This document shows, piece after piece, positions 47,852 through 57,008 of a stretch of DNA of 64,000 nucleotides (positions are counted from its first letter, which is position 1; every line of letters starts with the position of its first letter). The position numbers and the translations under genes were made by a program. Source of the stretch: Thermoproteota archaeon (GTDB lineage: Archaea > Thermoproteota > Methanomethylicia > Methanomethylicales > Methanomethylicaceae). The stretch spans positions 129,386 to 193,385 of the forward strand of contig JARXPE010000001.1 in NCBI GenBank assembly GCA_029887795.1, written 5' to 3'. The notes under the pieces are model-generated. The model was not told where the DNA came from, made no database searches, and saw only the letters and a program-made list of their open reading frames with translations.

Positions 47852-48124
47852 ATGGTTGGGATCAAGAAGGTGAAGGGAGGCAAGCTCATCAAAGTTAGGG
47901 TCGAAGAGGAAGGTGGAATTATAAAGGAGGTGAAGATCTCCGGAGACTTCTTTGTCCATCCGGAAGACGCCATAGAGGATATCGAGAAGTCCTTGAAAGG
48001 GGTACATTTGAGCAAGGTGAGGGAGGCACTGCGTGATTTTGCCATGAGGAAGACTGTCAGGACAGTCGGCTTTGCTCTTGATGATATCGCAGATGTTATA
48101 GAGGGGCGAAGCGATGGTATTTAG
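47852..48124 (+). CDS. Lipoate-protein ligase C-terminal domain protein (LplA-C/LplB).
   Basis: About 90 aa (VRVEEEGGIIKEVKISGDFF). Adjacent to lplA-N as in archaeal split LplA. Confidence 0.55.
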   Translation: MVGIKKVKGGKLIKVRVEEEGGIIKEVKISGDFFVHPEDAIEDIEKSLKGVHLSKVREALRDFAMRKTVRTVGFALDDIADVIEGRSDGI

Positions 48125-48977
48125 TTACAGACCAAAGCCCTCCGTGTACAGCGTTTCGATTACTGGTCATCGATGTGAGCTATGTTGCAGACATTGCCAA
48201 GGGAAATACCTAACAGGTATGGAGGCGGCAGAAAATCCAGAGAGGCTCCTTGAAGCTTTTTTAAAGGCGAAGGCTAAGGGAGCAAAAAGCATCTTAATAA
48301 GCGGAGGCTTTGACAAGCGGGGCAGGTTGCCAGTTATGGACTTTCTGAGCACAATAAGGAAGGGAAAAAACAGGACAGGATTGGTTGTCGAGGTCCACTC
48401 GGGATTAATTAAGGAGGTGGATAAATTGATGGACTCGGGTGTAGACGCCTTACTTCTGGATGTCATAGGAGACCAAGAGACCATAGAGGAGTACCTCGGG
48501 GGCGGGTGGTCGGCTGGAGAGTATTTGGATGTCTTGCGGGAGGGTAAGAGGTTTGTCCCACTGGTTGCAGCCCACATATTGGTCGGGGTCAACGAAGGAA
48601 AAATAAAGGGAGAGTTCGAGGCGGTAGACATGGTAGCAGAGGCGAAGGCGGATGCCCTCTCTATATTGACGCCCATGGATGCAAAGTCGCCTGAGGTCGG
48701 GGAAATTGTGGAGGTGATGGACTACGCCAGGGAGAGGTTCAAGGGACACCTGACCTTGGGATGCATGAGAGCAAAGGGGAAAAACCGTCAGGAGATAGAA
48801 AGATTTGCTGTCGATTTGGGTTTCGACGGGATAGCTAACCCGCTAAAAAGGACTTTGACGTACGCGCAATCCGCCGGGGTTAAAGTCGTGGAGGTTGAAG
48901 GATGCTGCGTATTCACTCCAGATAGAATTCCCAAGAGCACCAGAGATTGTCTGGATGCGCATCTGGAGGGCAGATAA
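48114..48977 (+). CDS. Radical SAM protein, second candidate lipoyl synthase subunit (LipS-type).
   Basis: HRCELCCRHC cluster motif. 11-nt overlap with lplA-C. Confidence 0.5.
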   Translation: MVFSYRPKPSVYSVSITGHRCELCCRHCQGKYLTGMEAAENPERLLEAFLKAKAKGAKSILISGGFDKRGRLPVMDFLSTIRKGKNRTGLVVEVHSGLIKEVDKLMDSGVDALLLDVIGDQETIEEYLGGGWSAGEYLDVLREGKRFVPLVAAHILVGVNEGKIKGEFEAVDMVAEAKADALSILTPMDAKSPEVGEIVEVMDYARERFKGHLTLGCMRAKGKNRQEIERFAVDLGFDGIANPLKRTLTYAQSAGVKVVEVEGCCVFTPDRIPKSTRDCLDAHLEGR

Positions 48978-49419
48978 GGCACCTGACTCTAAACCTCGGG
49001 TTTATTACCTTAGCAAAGGCGGAGAGATGGGCTAAACCAACGGGCTTGCAAGGGAATAGCCCCTTGCCACTCTTAATTCTAGCAGTCTGTGGTCTGCAGT
49101 TTTTTATGCTCAGCACGATCCTGTCGCCCTTGGTTTCTACGGAGATCGCAGAAACAGGTGCGATGGAGGTGAAGTTGAGCGCCCTTGCGAGGTCTTCCAG
49201 AGTTCCTTCGCTTATCTTGAGGAAGTTCTTGATTCGCCTAGCCTCCGATGTGCCGAACTGCTCCCAAGCCTCCCTGTCGATGTCCACAGCTACGCTTTGC
49301 CCGTACCTTTTCTCGATGGAAAGAAACCAGTAACCGTCCAGTGTTAGAAGGTTCTTTGACATTATCTCAATAAGCTCCAATAGCTCCTCCCTAGTAAGCG
49401 ACTCAAGGACTTTGTTCAT
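48913..49419 (-). CDS. Hypothetical protein with a Cys-rich C-terminus.
   Basis: ORF only. Convergent overlap with the preceding gene. Confidence 0.3.
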   Translation of the reverse strand: MNKVLESLTREELLELIEIMSKNLLTLDGYWFLSIEKRYGQSVAVDIDREAWEQFGTSEARRIKNFLKISEGTLEDLARALNFTSIAPVSAISVETKGDRIVLSIKNCRPQTARIKSGKGLFPCKPVGLAHLSAFAKVINPRFRVRCLICPPDAHPDNLWCSWEFYLE

Positions 49420-49466
49420 GATTTAAGATCATTTCTGGTGTTATAATACAGTTACTGCTAGAAAAC

Positions 49467-50240
49467 TTAAAGTCCAACCCTCCATAGGAGGTCAATATAA
49501 TCGTATATGACCTTGGAGAGGGATTTGTCCGAGATGTAGACCGCTAGATTCTTCCTCTTCTCCGTGGGCTGATCGAGACCGACAACAAGGTGAAAGACAA
49601 CCTCTCCCTTATCAGAGAGTATGACGTTGAATGGTATCACATTCATACCAATCTTTATCATCACATTGTCCGAAGAGAGGGGCTTCAGTACGTTAAAAGA
49701 TTCCTGACTTGCCAGAATTTTGACTGATTTCTTTTGGTCAATGCGGGAGAGCATGTTAAGAAGACCAGAGTAGATAGTCATGTCCAAGTTGCCCATAACA
49801 ATGCAGAGCTCCTTCTTGAAGGAGTGCGCCAGCGTCTGAATCCGGTTAGTTATGCCAGCGACAGACCTGACAAACCATATTTCTGAGCCCTCCACAGAGC
49901 GGGCATCGTAGATGGACTGCAGATCATTAAGCAGAACTTCTTCTATCCTACTGAGGCGGTTTTGGTGTTCCAGCCTTATGACATTTATAACCTCAGAGGG
50001 AGGCTTTGCCTTGAACCTCATTGGGCGCCCCTGACCTATCTCGACCCACCCCTTCAGCTCCAGAGCCTCCAAGACATCGTAAACTCGGGTGTGCGGGACG
50101 CCTGAGGACTCGCTTATCTCTTTGGCACTGGACGGACCGTCTAAGACGAGCTTGAGATAGACAAGCGCCTCATAGTCGGTCAGACCCGCCTCCTTCAGGC
50201 GCTCGAAGGCGCTCATGGACTTTAGAGCCCTTGTCGACAT
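49467..50240 (-). CDS. TrmB-family transcriptional regulator.
   Basis: N-terminal LTDYEALVYLKLVLDGPSSAKEISESSGVPHTRVYDVL. Confidence 0.7.
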   Translation of the reverse strand: MSTRALKSMSAFERLKEAGLTDYEALVYLKLVLDGPSSAKEISESSGVPHTRVYDVLEALELKGWVEIGQGRPMRFKAKPPSEVINVIRLEHQNRLSRIEEVLLNDLQSIYDARSVEGSEIWFVRSVAGITNRIQTLAHSFKKELCIVMGNLDMTIYSGLLNMLSRIDQKKSVKILASQESFNVLKPLSSDNVMIKIGMNVIPFNVILSDKGEVVFHLVVGLDQPTEKRKNLAVYISDKSLSKVIYDYIDLLWRVGL

Positions 50241-50250
50241 CTTTCAATCC

Positions 50251-50274
50251 TTATTCACTACTAATAGTGAATAA
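50251..50274. promoter_or_regulatory. Inverted repeat TTATTCACTA-ctaa-TAGTGAATAA in the divergent promoter region between the TrmB regulator and the ABC transporter operon. Candidate TrmB operator.
   Basis: 10-bp perfect arms. Only 10 bp from the regulator start. Confidence 0.4.
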
Positions 50275-50306
50275 AATTAATATTCTTTTTGGAGGGAGAG
50301 TGACTT

Positions 50307-51251
50307 ATGGAATACGCCATCGAGATCTCGGGGCTTACTAAGAAGTTCGGGAATTTTGTGGCGGTGGACAACCTTGACCTGCGGGTGAAGGTAGGGGAGA
50401 TCTTCGGGTTTCTTGGACCAAACGGTGCAGGCAAGACTACCACCATTAGGATGATGTGCGGACTAATGAGGCAGACTAAGGGGAGCATAAAGATCTATGG
50501 ATACAGCATCCCTGAAGAGAGGAACGAGCTCATCAAAATTACAGGGTATATGGCTCAGCGCTTCAGCCTTTATGAGGACCTGAGCGTTTACGAGAACATG
50601 GAGTTCTTTGGTAAACTCTACGGGCTCAACGGAAAAAACCTGGAAAACAGGATACTCGAACTCCTCGAGTTCCTTGATCTCAAGGATGTCAGGAGGAGGT
50701 TAGCTGGGAGGCTCAGCGGAGGGATGAAACAGCGGCTGGCACTTGGTGTCGCGTTGATCCATAGACCAAAGCTTCTGGTGCTAGATGAGCCCACCGCGGG
50801 TGTTGATCCTCCAATAAGGAGGGCATTCTGGGAGTACCTCAGGGGTTTGAATAAGGAGGGGACCACAATCTTGGTGACCACGCATTACATGGACGAAGCT
50901 GAAAACTGCGACAGGATTGGTCTTATGAACAGAGGCAGGCTCATAGCAGAGGGAACGCCGAAGGAGCTCAAGAGGAGGGTCTTCGGAGGAGACATTGTGG
51001 AGGTTGTTTTGCACGGGTACGTTCAGGAGGGCACCCTAGAGGGAGTCGCAAATCTAAAAGAACTGGCATACAGGGACGGAGACACGGTCCTAAGAGTGGT
51101 TTTGAAGGATGCTTCTAGGGAACTCCCAGCACTTCTAAGGAGGATCGATGGAATGGGGTTGAAGATCATATCCGCAGAGCCGATTAACGTTACCCTCGAG
51201 GAAGTATTCATAGAGCTGGTAACGGGGAGGATTGAAAAAGTAGCACTCTGA
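50307..51251 (+). CDS. ABC transporter ATP-binding protein (ABC-2 / DrrA-NosF-like).
   Basis: Walker A GPNGAGKTT, signature LSGGMKQR and Walker B LLVLDEPT. Confidence 0.85.
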   Translation: MEYAIEISGLTKKFGNFVAVDNLDLRVKVGEIFGFLGPNGAGKTTTIRMMCGLMRQTKGSIKIYGYSIPEERNELIKITGYMAQRFSLYEDLSVYENMEFFGKLYGLNGKNLENRILELLEFLDLKDVRRRLAGRLSGGMKQRLALGVALIHRPKLLVLDEPTAGVDPPIRRAFWEYLRGLNKEGTTILVTTHYMDEAENCDRIGLMNRGRLIAEGTPKELKRRVFGGDIVEVVLHGYVQEGTLEGVANLKELAYRDGDTVLRVVLKDASRELPALLRRIDGMGLKIISAEPINVTLEEVFIELVTGRIEKVAL

Positions 51252-51252
51252 G

Positions 51253-52359
51253 GTGGTTCCTTTGAGGCTGATGGCCGTCGTAATCAAGGAGTTAATTCAG
51301 CTGAAAAGGGATCCTAGGTCTCTTGTTATGATAGCGATGATTCCGTTGATAGTCATGTTGCTGTTCGGGGTCGGATATGGCGGGGGCATGGGAAAGATCA
51401 GTGTAGCCGTTGTTAACTTGGATAAGGAAAGCTTGAGCTGGACTGTACTCGACTCCATTATGAAAACACCAAGCGTTTATGTGAAGGCCTATGCCAACAG
51501 TATCGAAGAAGGAAGGGAGCTCGTAAAGAACGGCATCGTCTCTGCTGCGGTCGTGATCCCGGAGGGGTTTACTACAGAGCTGATGAGGGGGGCATCGACT
51601 CAGGTCTTGGTGATAGTGGACGAAAGCATCACAACGATCTCCAGCACCATAAGGAACGCAATGCTGGCGGTGACCTACAAATTCCAGCAGGAACTCGTCA
51701 GGAGTGTTCAGGGGTCCTCGGTGGAGCTCATCTACAGCTCTGTCTACGGTCCAAAGGTCACGAACCTTGAGGCCTTCACCCCGCTCGTCATCGGCATAGT
51801 GCTCCAACTCGTTCCGACAAGTCTGATATCAATAGCCATCTGCAAAGAAAAGGAAAGGGGCACATTTGAGCAGTTGATAATGTCTCCCATCAGTAGGTTT
51901 GACATAATATTTGGAAAGTTGCTGGCTTTCTTCATTGCGACAATAGCGGACATGCTAATAACGCTGATGGTTGCCGTGTGGATATTCGACGTCTCAATGA
52001 GGGGACCTTTAATAGATGCTATGATTATTTCTACACTTTTCTTGCTTGGATCTTTGGGACTTGGTATGTTAATATCAGTCCTCTCCAAGAACCAACTTCA
52101 GGCTAACCAAGCAGCCATATTCATATTCATACCCGCTCTGCTTTTCAGTGGGGCTTTGATGCCTATTGAAATGCTATCGCCTAGCGCCCGGATACTGGCA
52201 AATCTCACTCCCATGTACTACTTTGTTTCGGCATTCAGAGATATCATGATAAAGGGGTTCGGGCTGTGGCAGATAACGTGGCAGATGTTTGCCCTCTTGG
52301 TTTACATGGCACTGATGATGGTAAGCGCCCCGCTAGTACTAAGGTTGAGGGTTGATTAA
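51253..52359 (+). CDS. ABC-2 type transporter permease.
   Basis: About 6 TM helices. ABC-2 family architecture. Confidence 0.7.
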   Translation: MVPLRLMAVVIKELIQLKRDPRSLVMIAMIPLIVMLLFGVGYGGGMGKISVAVVNLDKESLSWTVLDSIMKTPSVYVKAYANSIEEGRELVKNGIVSAAVVIPEGFTTELMRGASTQVLVIVDESITTISSTIRNAMLAVTYKFQQELVRSVQGSSVELIYSSVYGPKVTNLEAFTPLVIGIVLQLVPTSLISIAICKEKERGTFEQLIMSPISRFDIIFGKLLAFFIATIADMLITLMVAVWIFDVSMRGPLIDAMIISTLFLLGSLGLGMLISVLSKNQLQANQAAIFIFIPALLFSGALMPIEMLSPSARILANLTPMYYFVSAFRDIMIKGFGLWQITWQMFALLVYMALMMVSAPLVLRLRVD

Positions 52360-52361
52360 TT

Positions 52362-54593
52362 ATGATTGTTTGGAGGGAATTTGGCATGTTTCGTAAAGCT
52401 GGAATGACTATTTTAATTATGTTAATAATTCTCAGCTCAATCTGTCCAATCATCAATTGTGAGGAGACAAACTTCAGGGTGGAGGATGTGAATTGGAGGG
52501 CACTGAACATAGGCGTGGGCAATAGTACCTGCGTTGTCTTACTGAGGTATTACGGAAGTGACTCATGCTCCTATGTGAGGGGGAGTCTTGATGTCTCTAA
52601 GCTGAGTGAGACCTACACGGAGGTCTCTGACGAATATTCTGGGACGGTCGAGTATGGAGGTGCCGTTTACCTAGAGTTTGTTTTTGACGTTTCTTCCTCC
52701 TCTAAAGCAGGCTGGTACAAGGTCCCACTTAAAGTAAATTACATGACCGACGGGAGGGTCTTTTGGGAGTATTTTGATGTGGTGCTGACAGTCAATGGAG
52801 ATCCTGACATTTCGATTGGCGCAAATGGTGAGGTGATTTGGAGGGGACAACTTAACGAACTCCCAATTGTGATAAGGAATCTTGGGGATGGGCTGGCTAG
52901 GAGAGTCACTGTCACTGTGCAAAGCCAAGATGTCTATCTGACAATAGTTGGACCCAATGAGTTCAGGAGCGATTTTCTGATGCCCAATGGAGAATGGGTA
53001 ATAGTTGTGAAGACCTTCGCACAGCTAAGCATCAGGGACGGGACTAGCCTTGCCGTCAATGTCAGGTATGAGGACCAAAATGGAGTTGGTAATGCAAAGA
53101 CAACAACTATTGGCTTAAAGGTGGAAGATCCGGAGAAGCCCAGCACTGTGGTTAGTACAAATACCACAAAGATACGACCGGGTGTTACAAACGGTGTGCT
53201 CTTTTTCATAGTGAATAATGGTGGTAAGAAAGCAATCGACGTGACGGTCAGGCTCACCCCAGCCACGAACCAACTGACCTTGGTTGGCAATAACACCTTC
53301 TCAGTCCCAGAGTTTGGGATAGGAGAGGCGCTAAACATTCCAGTATCCTTGTACTTGGAACCGCAGACCTATGGAAGCCTGCCAGTCTATGTGATGATTG
53401 ACTACAAAGACGAGAGGAATAGCACCTACCAAGACTCGCTATCAATTGGATTCCTGAGCGAGGAGGAGCCCGAGCCCAAGGTGGAGGTGACAGCAAAGGA
53501 CATTCAGATTCAACCAAACGCCATAAACTCCATAACTATAATACTCGAAAATAGGGGGGATAGAGCTGCAAAAGATCTTAGGATCAACCTCTTCTCCCAG
53601 TCTCCGGAGGTTGCTGTTGTAGTGGGGAGCGGGGTCGCACACCGAGACCTCTTGGAGCCAAAGGAGGTCTGGGAGGTTGAGAAGGAGGTCTTCGTGCAGC
53701 CGAACGTATACGGAGCGGTGCCCTTGTACGTTCAGGTCCAGTATAAGGACGATTTGCAGAACAGGTACTCTTACACATCGACTATAGGTTTTGAGGTTAG
53801 AGGCACACCTTCCGTGGCGATCTCTTCGGTTATATATAACCCGTCCCCGGTTTTCCCAGGGAACAGGGTCGTTCGTGCAAATTGTGTTATAGTAAACCAT
53901 GGCAATTATACGGCGCAAGACGTGAGTATTATTTTGGGGGAAATAGGTGGAGTCGTAAAGCCGTCTTACCCTGGGTCAGACCGAGTAAAGATACCATTCC
54001 TGACGGTCGGAGGAAGTGTGAGTGCTCAATTCCTGCTAGATATCGATGAGAACGCAAAGCCTGGATACTATGAGATACCTGTAGAAATTTCGACAAGGAC
54101 CGAAAATATCTCAACAGTAATCCCACTCACAGTTTCGGAGAAGGCCAAGATCCTTGTTGACAAGATATATTTCGACAGGGAAGTCATTCCTGGAGCCAGG
54201 AATGTGAAGCTGTTCGTTGAGACACTCAACGTAGGAAACGTGACGGCGGAGGAGGTCAGAGTCTCGGTCATATCCGGGTACATCACGGGATCTACAACAT
54301 CCCTATTGGGAAACATGGCGAGCGGGAGCAGGAAAGTGATCGTCATGGAGGTTGACGTGGATAGCAAGGTCAGTCCGGGAGATTTGCCAGTTGATGTAGA
54401 GGTCTCTTGGAGCCAAGATGGGAGGAGTATGTCAGAGACCTCGACCATGAATCTGACAATCGGCGAGCCAGGCAGGATTGAGGTCTGGGTGTTATTAGGA
54501 GGTCTAGCGGTGGCAGTGGCATTAGTCATAATATTTAGAAAGAAGTTAGTAGAGTTCGGAAAGTCATTTTTCTACAAATTCAGAGGTCAATGA
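52362..54593 (+). CDS. Large secreted beta-rich repeat protein with signal peptide and C-terminal TM anchor (S-layer-like / COG1361 / CARDB-type).
   Basis: Signal peptide MTILIMLIILSSI. Repeated beta-strand-rich modules of about 110 aa. C-terminal TM LLGGLAVAVALVIIF followed by RKK. Confidence 0.55.
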   Translation: MIVWREFGMFRKAGMTILIMLIILSSICPIINCEETNFRVEDVNWRALNIGVGNSTCVVLLRYYGSDSCSYVRGSLDVSKLSETYTEVSDEYSGTVEYGGAVYLEFVFDVSSSSKAGWYKVPLKVNYMTDGRVFWEYFDVVLTVNGDPDISIGANGEVIWRGQLNELPIVIRNLGDGLARRVTVTVQSQDVYLTIVGPNEFRSDFLMPNGEWVIVVKTFAQLSIRDGTSLAVNVRYEDQNGVGNAKTTTIGLKVEDPEKPSTVVSTNTTKIRPGVTNGVLFFIVNNGGKKAIDVTVRLTPATNQLTLVGNNTFSVPEFGIGEALNIPVSLYLEPQTYGSLPVYVMIDYKDERNSTYQDSLSIGFLSEEEPEPKVEVTAKDIQIQPNAINSITIILENRGDRAAKDLRINLFSQSPEVAVVVGSGVAHRDLLEPKEVWEVEKEVFVQPNVYGAVPLYVQVQYKDDLQNRYSYTSTIGFEVRGTPSVAISSVIYNPSPVFPGNRVVRANCVIVNHGNYTAQDVSIILGEIGGVVKPSYPGSDRVKIPFLTVGGSVSAQFLLDIDENAKPGYYEIPVEISTRTENISTVIPLTVSEKAKILVDKIYFDREVIPGARNVKLFVETLNVGNVTAEEVRVSVISGYITGSTTSLLGNMASGSRKVIVMEVDVDSKVSPGDLPVDVEVSWSQDGRSMSETSTMNLTIGEPGRIEVWVLLGGLAVAVALVIIFRKKLVEFGKSFFYKFRGQ

Positions 54594-54705
54594 GAAAATT
54601 CGAATCTCCACTTATCGGAATAAGAACATGAATATCAAATGCAGACTCGATTCGATAAGGGAAGAAAAAGATGTAGAAGAAACAAGGTTAAGAAAAAAGA
54701 AAAAA

Positions 54706-55455
54706 TTACTGGATGTGGAATGTTATTGAGACGCTAGCAGATACGCTCACCGCACCCGGCAGAATTGTTGTAGAGGATGCCACTGCTAGATCGTAGCTAC
54801 GGTATATCGGAACTGGAGACGAGTAGGATTCGGAGACGCTTTGTACGCCTACAACCTTCACGCCCAAGGTTTTCGCGATTGTCTCTGCCTTTGCCTGGGC
54901 GTCCTTAACGGCCGCTTCTAGGGCACTCGTCCTCAGAGCTGCGAGCTTTGCGTCCGAGACCGCAAAGTACACTCCATTGACTTGATTTAGACCACTCTCA
55001 ACACATGCGTCGATTATTTTACCAGCCATCTTTCCAAGATCTGTGCCGCTGTAGGTGACCTGGAGGGTGTGAACGACCCTGTATCCAATTAGCACCTGTT
55101 CGTTGTTTATGTACCTGTACTCGGGGCTTATGGTGTAACTCAGCGTCTGTATCGAAGACTCAGGGATGCCCAAGCCTTTCAATGCGCTCAGGGCGCGATT
55201 TATGTTGTTGGCTGCGGACGAAGTGGCTTTTTGAACGTCAGGATCTAGAACGCTAGTTCCCAGGATCACCTTTACGGTGTCGGGTTGCTCGTATAGCACG
55301 GCATTGCCAACCACTGAGAGAGTGCCGAGGCTTTTACCTTCATCCAGATCTGCAGCCTGGACCTGTTGTGGAGAATAAAGGACGCTCCCCAAAACTAATA
55401 ATGTCAAGGCAACGCCAAAGAATGCAAGATATTTCAATTTCAAGTTTAATCTCAT
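54706..55455 (-). CDS. SIMPL-domain (DUF541) secreted/membrane-anchored protein.
   Basis: N-terminal TM/signal, then the typical SIMPL repeats. Confidence 0.6.
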   Translation of the reverse strand: MRLNLKLKYLAFFGVALTLLVLGSVLYSPQQVQAADLDEGKSLGTLSVVGNAVLYEQPDTVKVILGTSVLDPDVQKATSSAANNINRALSALKGLGIPESSIQTLSYTISPEYRYINNEQVLIGYRVVHTLQVTYSGTDLGKMAGKIIDACVESGLNQVNGVYFAVSDAKLAALRTSALEAAVKDAQAKAETIAKTLGVKVVGVQSVSESYSSPVPIYRSYDLAVASSTTILPGAVSVSASVSITFHIQ

Positions 55456-55511
55456 ATCCATATTGATCACTAAGGCAATATTAAAAATCAAGGCTTATAA
55501 CCATAGCAGAT

Positions 55512-55538
55512 GTTCTATTTGTTAGAACGAAAGTTCTA
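55512..55538. promoter_or_regulatory. GTTCTA-n5-TAGAAC-n4-GTTCTA repeat upstream of the SIMPL gene and downstream of the ArsR-TM regulator. Candidate operator.
   Basis: Seen directly. Confidence 0.3.
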
Positions 55539-55689
55539 AAAATTGATGTCTTGTGCTTTTATTACATCTTTGATGGTGGTCCAATACGTCATATAATTCT
55601 GATTATAGCTTCAGCTGGTTTTAAAGTGAAGTTACCTTTTTGTGGCGCATCATGCAGGAGGGCAGTACATTATCGGGCATTCCAATAGT

Positions 55690-56322
55690 CTAAAGGTGAA
55701 TTCCAGCACGGTTCAGTGCGAGCCTCAATGTGTACCATAGTGGAAATGATATGATGGAGAGCAGAGTCAAAGAAACTATGAATGAGAGAGTAAGATCTAA
55801 CAACGAATTGGACTGGAAAACAAGCAGGGATGGCAGAACAGAGAGGATTAATGAGGAAACAAAAATTGAGAGTGAAAGTTGACGCAAACTTGGGCAGAGT
55901 AGTGCCGAAAGTGTTCCAAATAGTAAAGCGAAAAGCCATAGTGAGATAGGGATAAGGAAGCTGTTCGCAAAGAAATACAGCATGGTAATAGTCAAGGCTG
56001 ATGGCAAGTAAAAGAGAAATCGCCTTCCGAATTTGTTGCGCTCTTTATCTGCCTCAATGATCGTTTTGGGGATCTCTTGGTTAAGCCAAACCTCAGCCTT
56101 CGGGGTGATCTCGTAGAAGTAGCGCTTGTCATCCCTTCTTCTTGAGATGAGGCCTAGCCTCAGTAAAATTGAGAGGTGAGATTCTATAGTGCTCCTCGAT
56201 CTGTTGACGCTCTCTGCGATCTCGTCCCCGGTCATTGGTCTCTTGGAGAGGGATTCAAGTATGGCATACCTAGTCCTCTCACTCAGAGCGTCGAGGATTT
56301 CCCTCAGTTCTTCCCCTTCCAT
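55690..56322 (-). CDS. ArsR-family wHTH regulator fused to a C-terminal polytopic membrane domain.
   Basis: N-terminal ILDALSERTRYAILESLSKRPMTGDEIAESVNRSRSTIESHLSIL, then about 4 TM helices. Confidence 0.6.
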   Translation of the reverse strand: MEGEELREILDALSERTRYAILESLSKRPMTGDEIAESVNRSRSTIESHLSILLRLGLISRRRDDKRYFYEITPKAEVWLNQEIPKTIIEADKERNKFGRRFLFYLPSALTITMLYFFANSFLIPISLWLFALLFGTLSALLCPSLRQLSLSIFVSSLILSVLPSLLVFQSNSLLDLTLSFIVSLTLLSIISFPLWYTLRLALNRAGIHL

Positions 56323-56447
56323 GTTATATCTTTTGGAGAATTGGCATTTAAGACCATTTTTATGTTTCGACCTTTCTAGAAAGATCGAATCGATCTCCGT
56401 CTAAAGAGAGTTTATAATCGGTAAGGGATGAACTCTTTCAGAGGCCT

Positions 56448-57008
56448 ATGCGCCTGAAAAAAGTTCTGATTATACTCACAGTAATACTCTTCCCATGGAT
56501 ACTGCTGCCGTTGGCTTTATACTATGCCTGGAGGCGGGGGATAATCGGGCGTTTCGCGAAAAAGTTAGTTTTAGTCAAAAGGCCGAATTTTGGAGGTAAG
56601 CTTGTCGAAGAGATCTTAACATTAAAGTACTATAAGCCCACTAATGGAGGTTGCATATCGGTAATACCAAGGATGTTAGGAGTGCAGTACGTTTATGGAA
56701 TTGAGGTTCGAGATAACCCGGAGAGGTTGACGAGAAATATTGAGGATGTGATAAGGACAACCTTAGATAACGTTCAATGGCACGGAAAGACTCTGATCTC
56801 ATTAACAGTCAGAGATCGTATTGAGAAAGTGCGAGTTTATTCGGTTTCAAGAATCCTTCCGGGAATTGAGGCGGACGTGGACAAAGAGGCTTTTGAGGTC
56901 TCTTTGAGAATCGCCGACGCATTGAGACCAAAATCGCCAACAGTGAAGGTCACCCTATGCAGGGGCAATGCCGTCATGGAAGGATTGCCCTTGGGGGAGG
57001 TTGTATGA
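56448..57008 (+). CDS. Hypothetical protein with an N-terminal TM anchor.
   Basis: ORF. Overlaps the next gene (ATGATG/TGA coupling). Confidence 0.3.
   Translation: MRLKKVLIILTVILFPWILLPLALYYAWRRGIIGRFAKKLVLVKRPNFGGKLVEEILTLKYYKPTNGGCISVIPRMLGVQYVYGIEVRDNPERLTRNIEDVIRTTLDNVQWHGKTLISLTVRDRIEKVRVYSVSRILPGIEADVDKEAFEVSLRIADALRPKSPTVKVTLCRGNAVMEGLPLGEVV

Noticed and set aside
53584-53778. Antisense ORF encoding an Arg/Pro-rich 64-aa peptide inside the surface-protein gene.
   Set aside because: Embedded antisense in a confidently coding region. Low-complexity translation.
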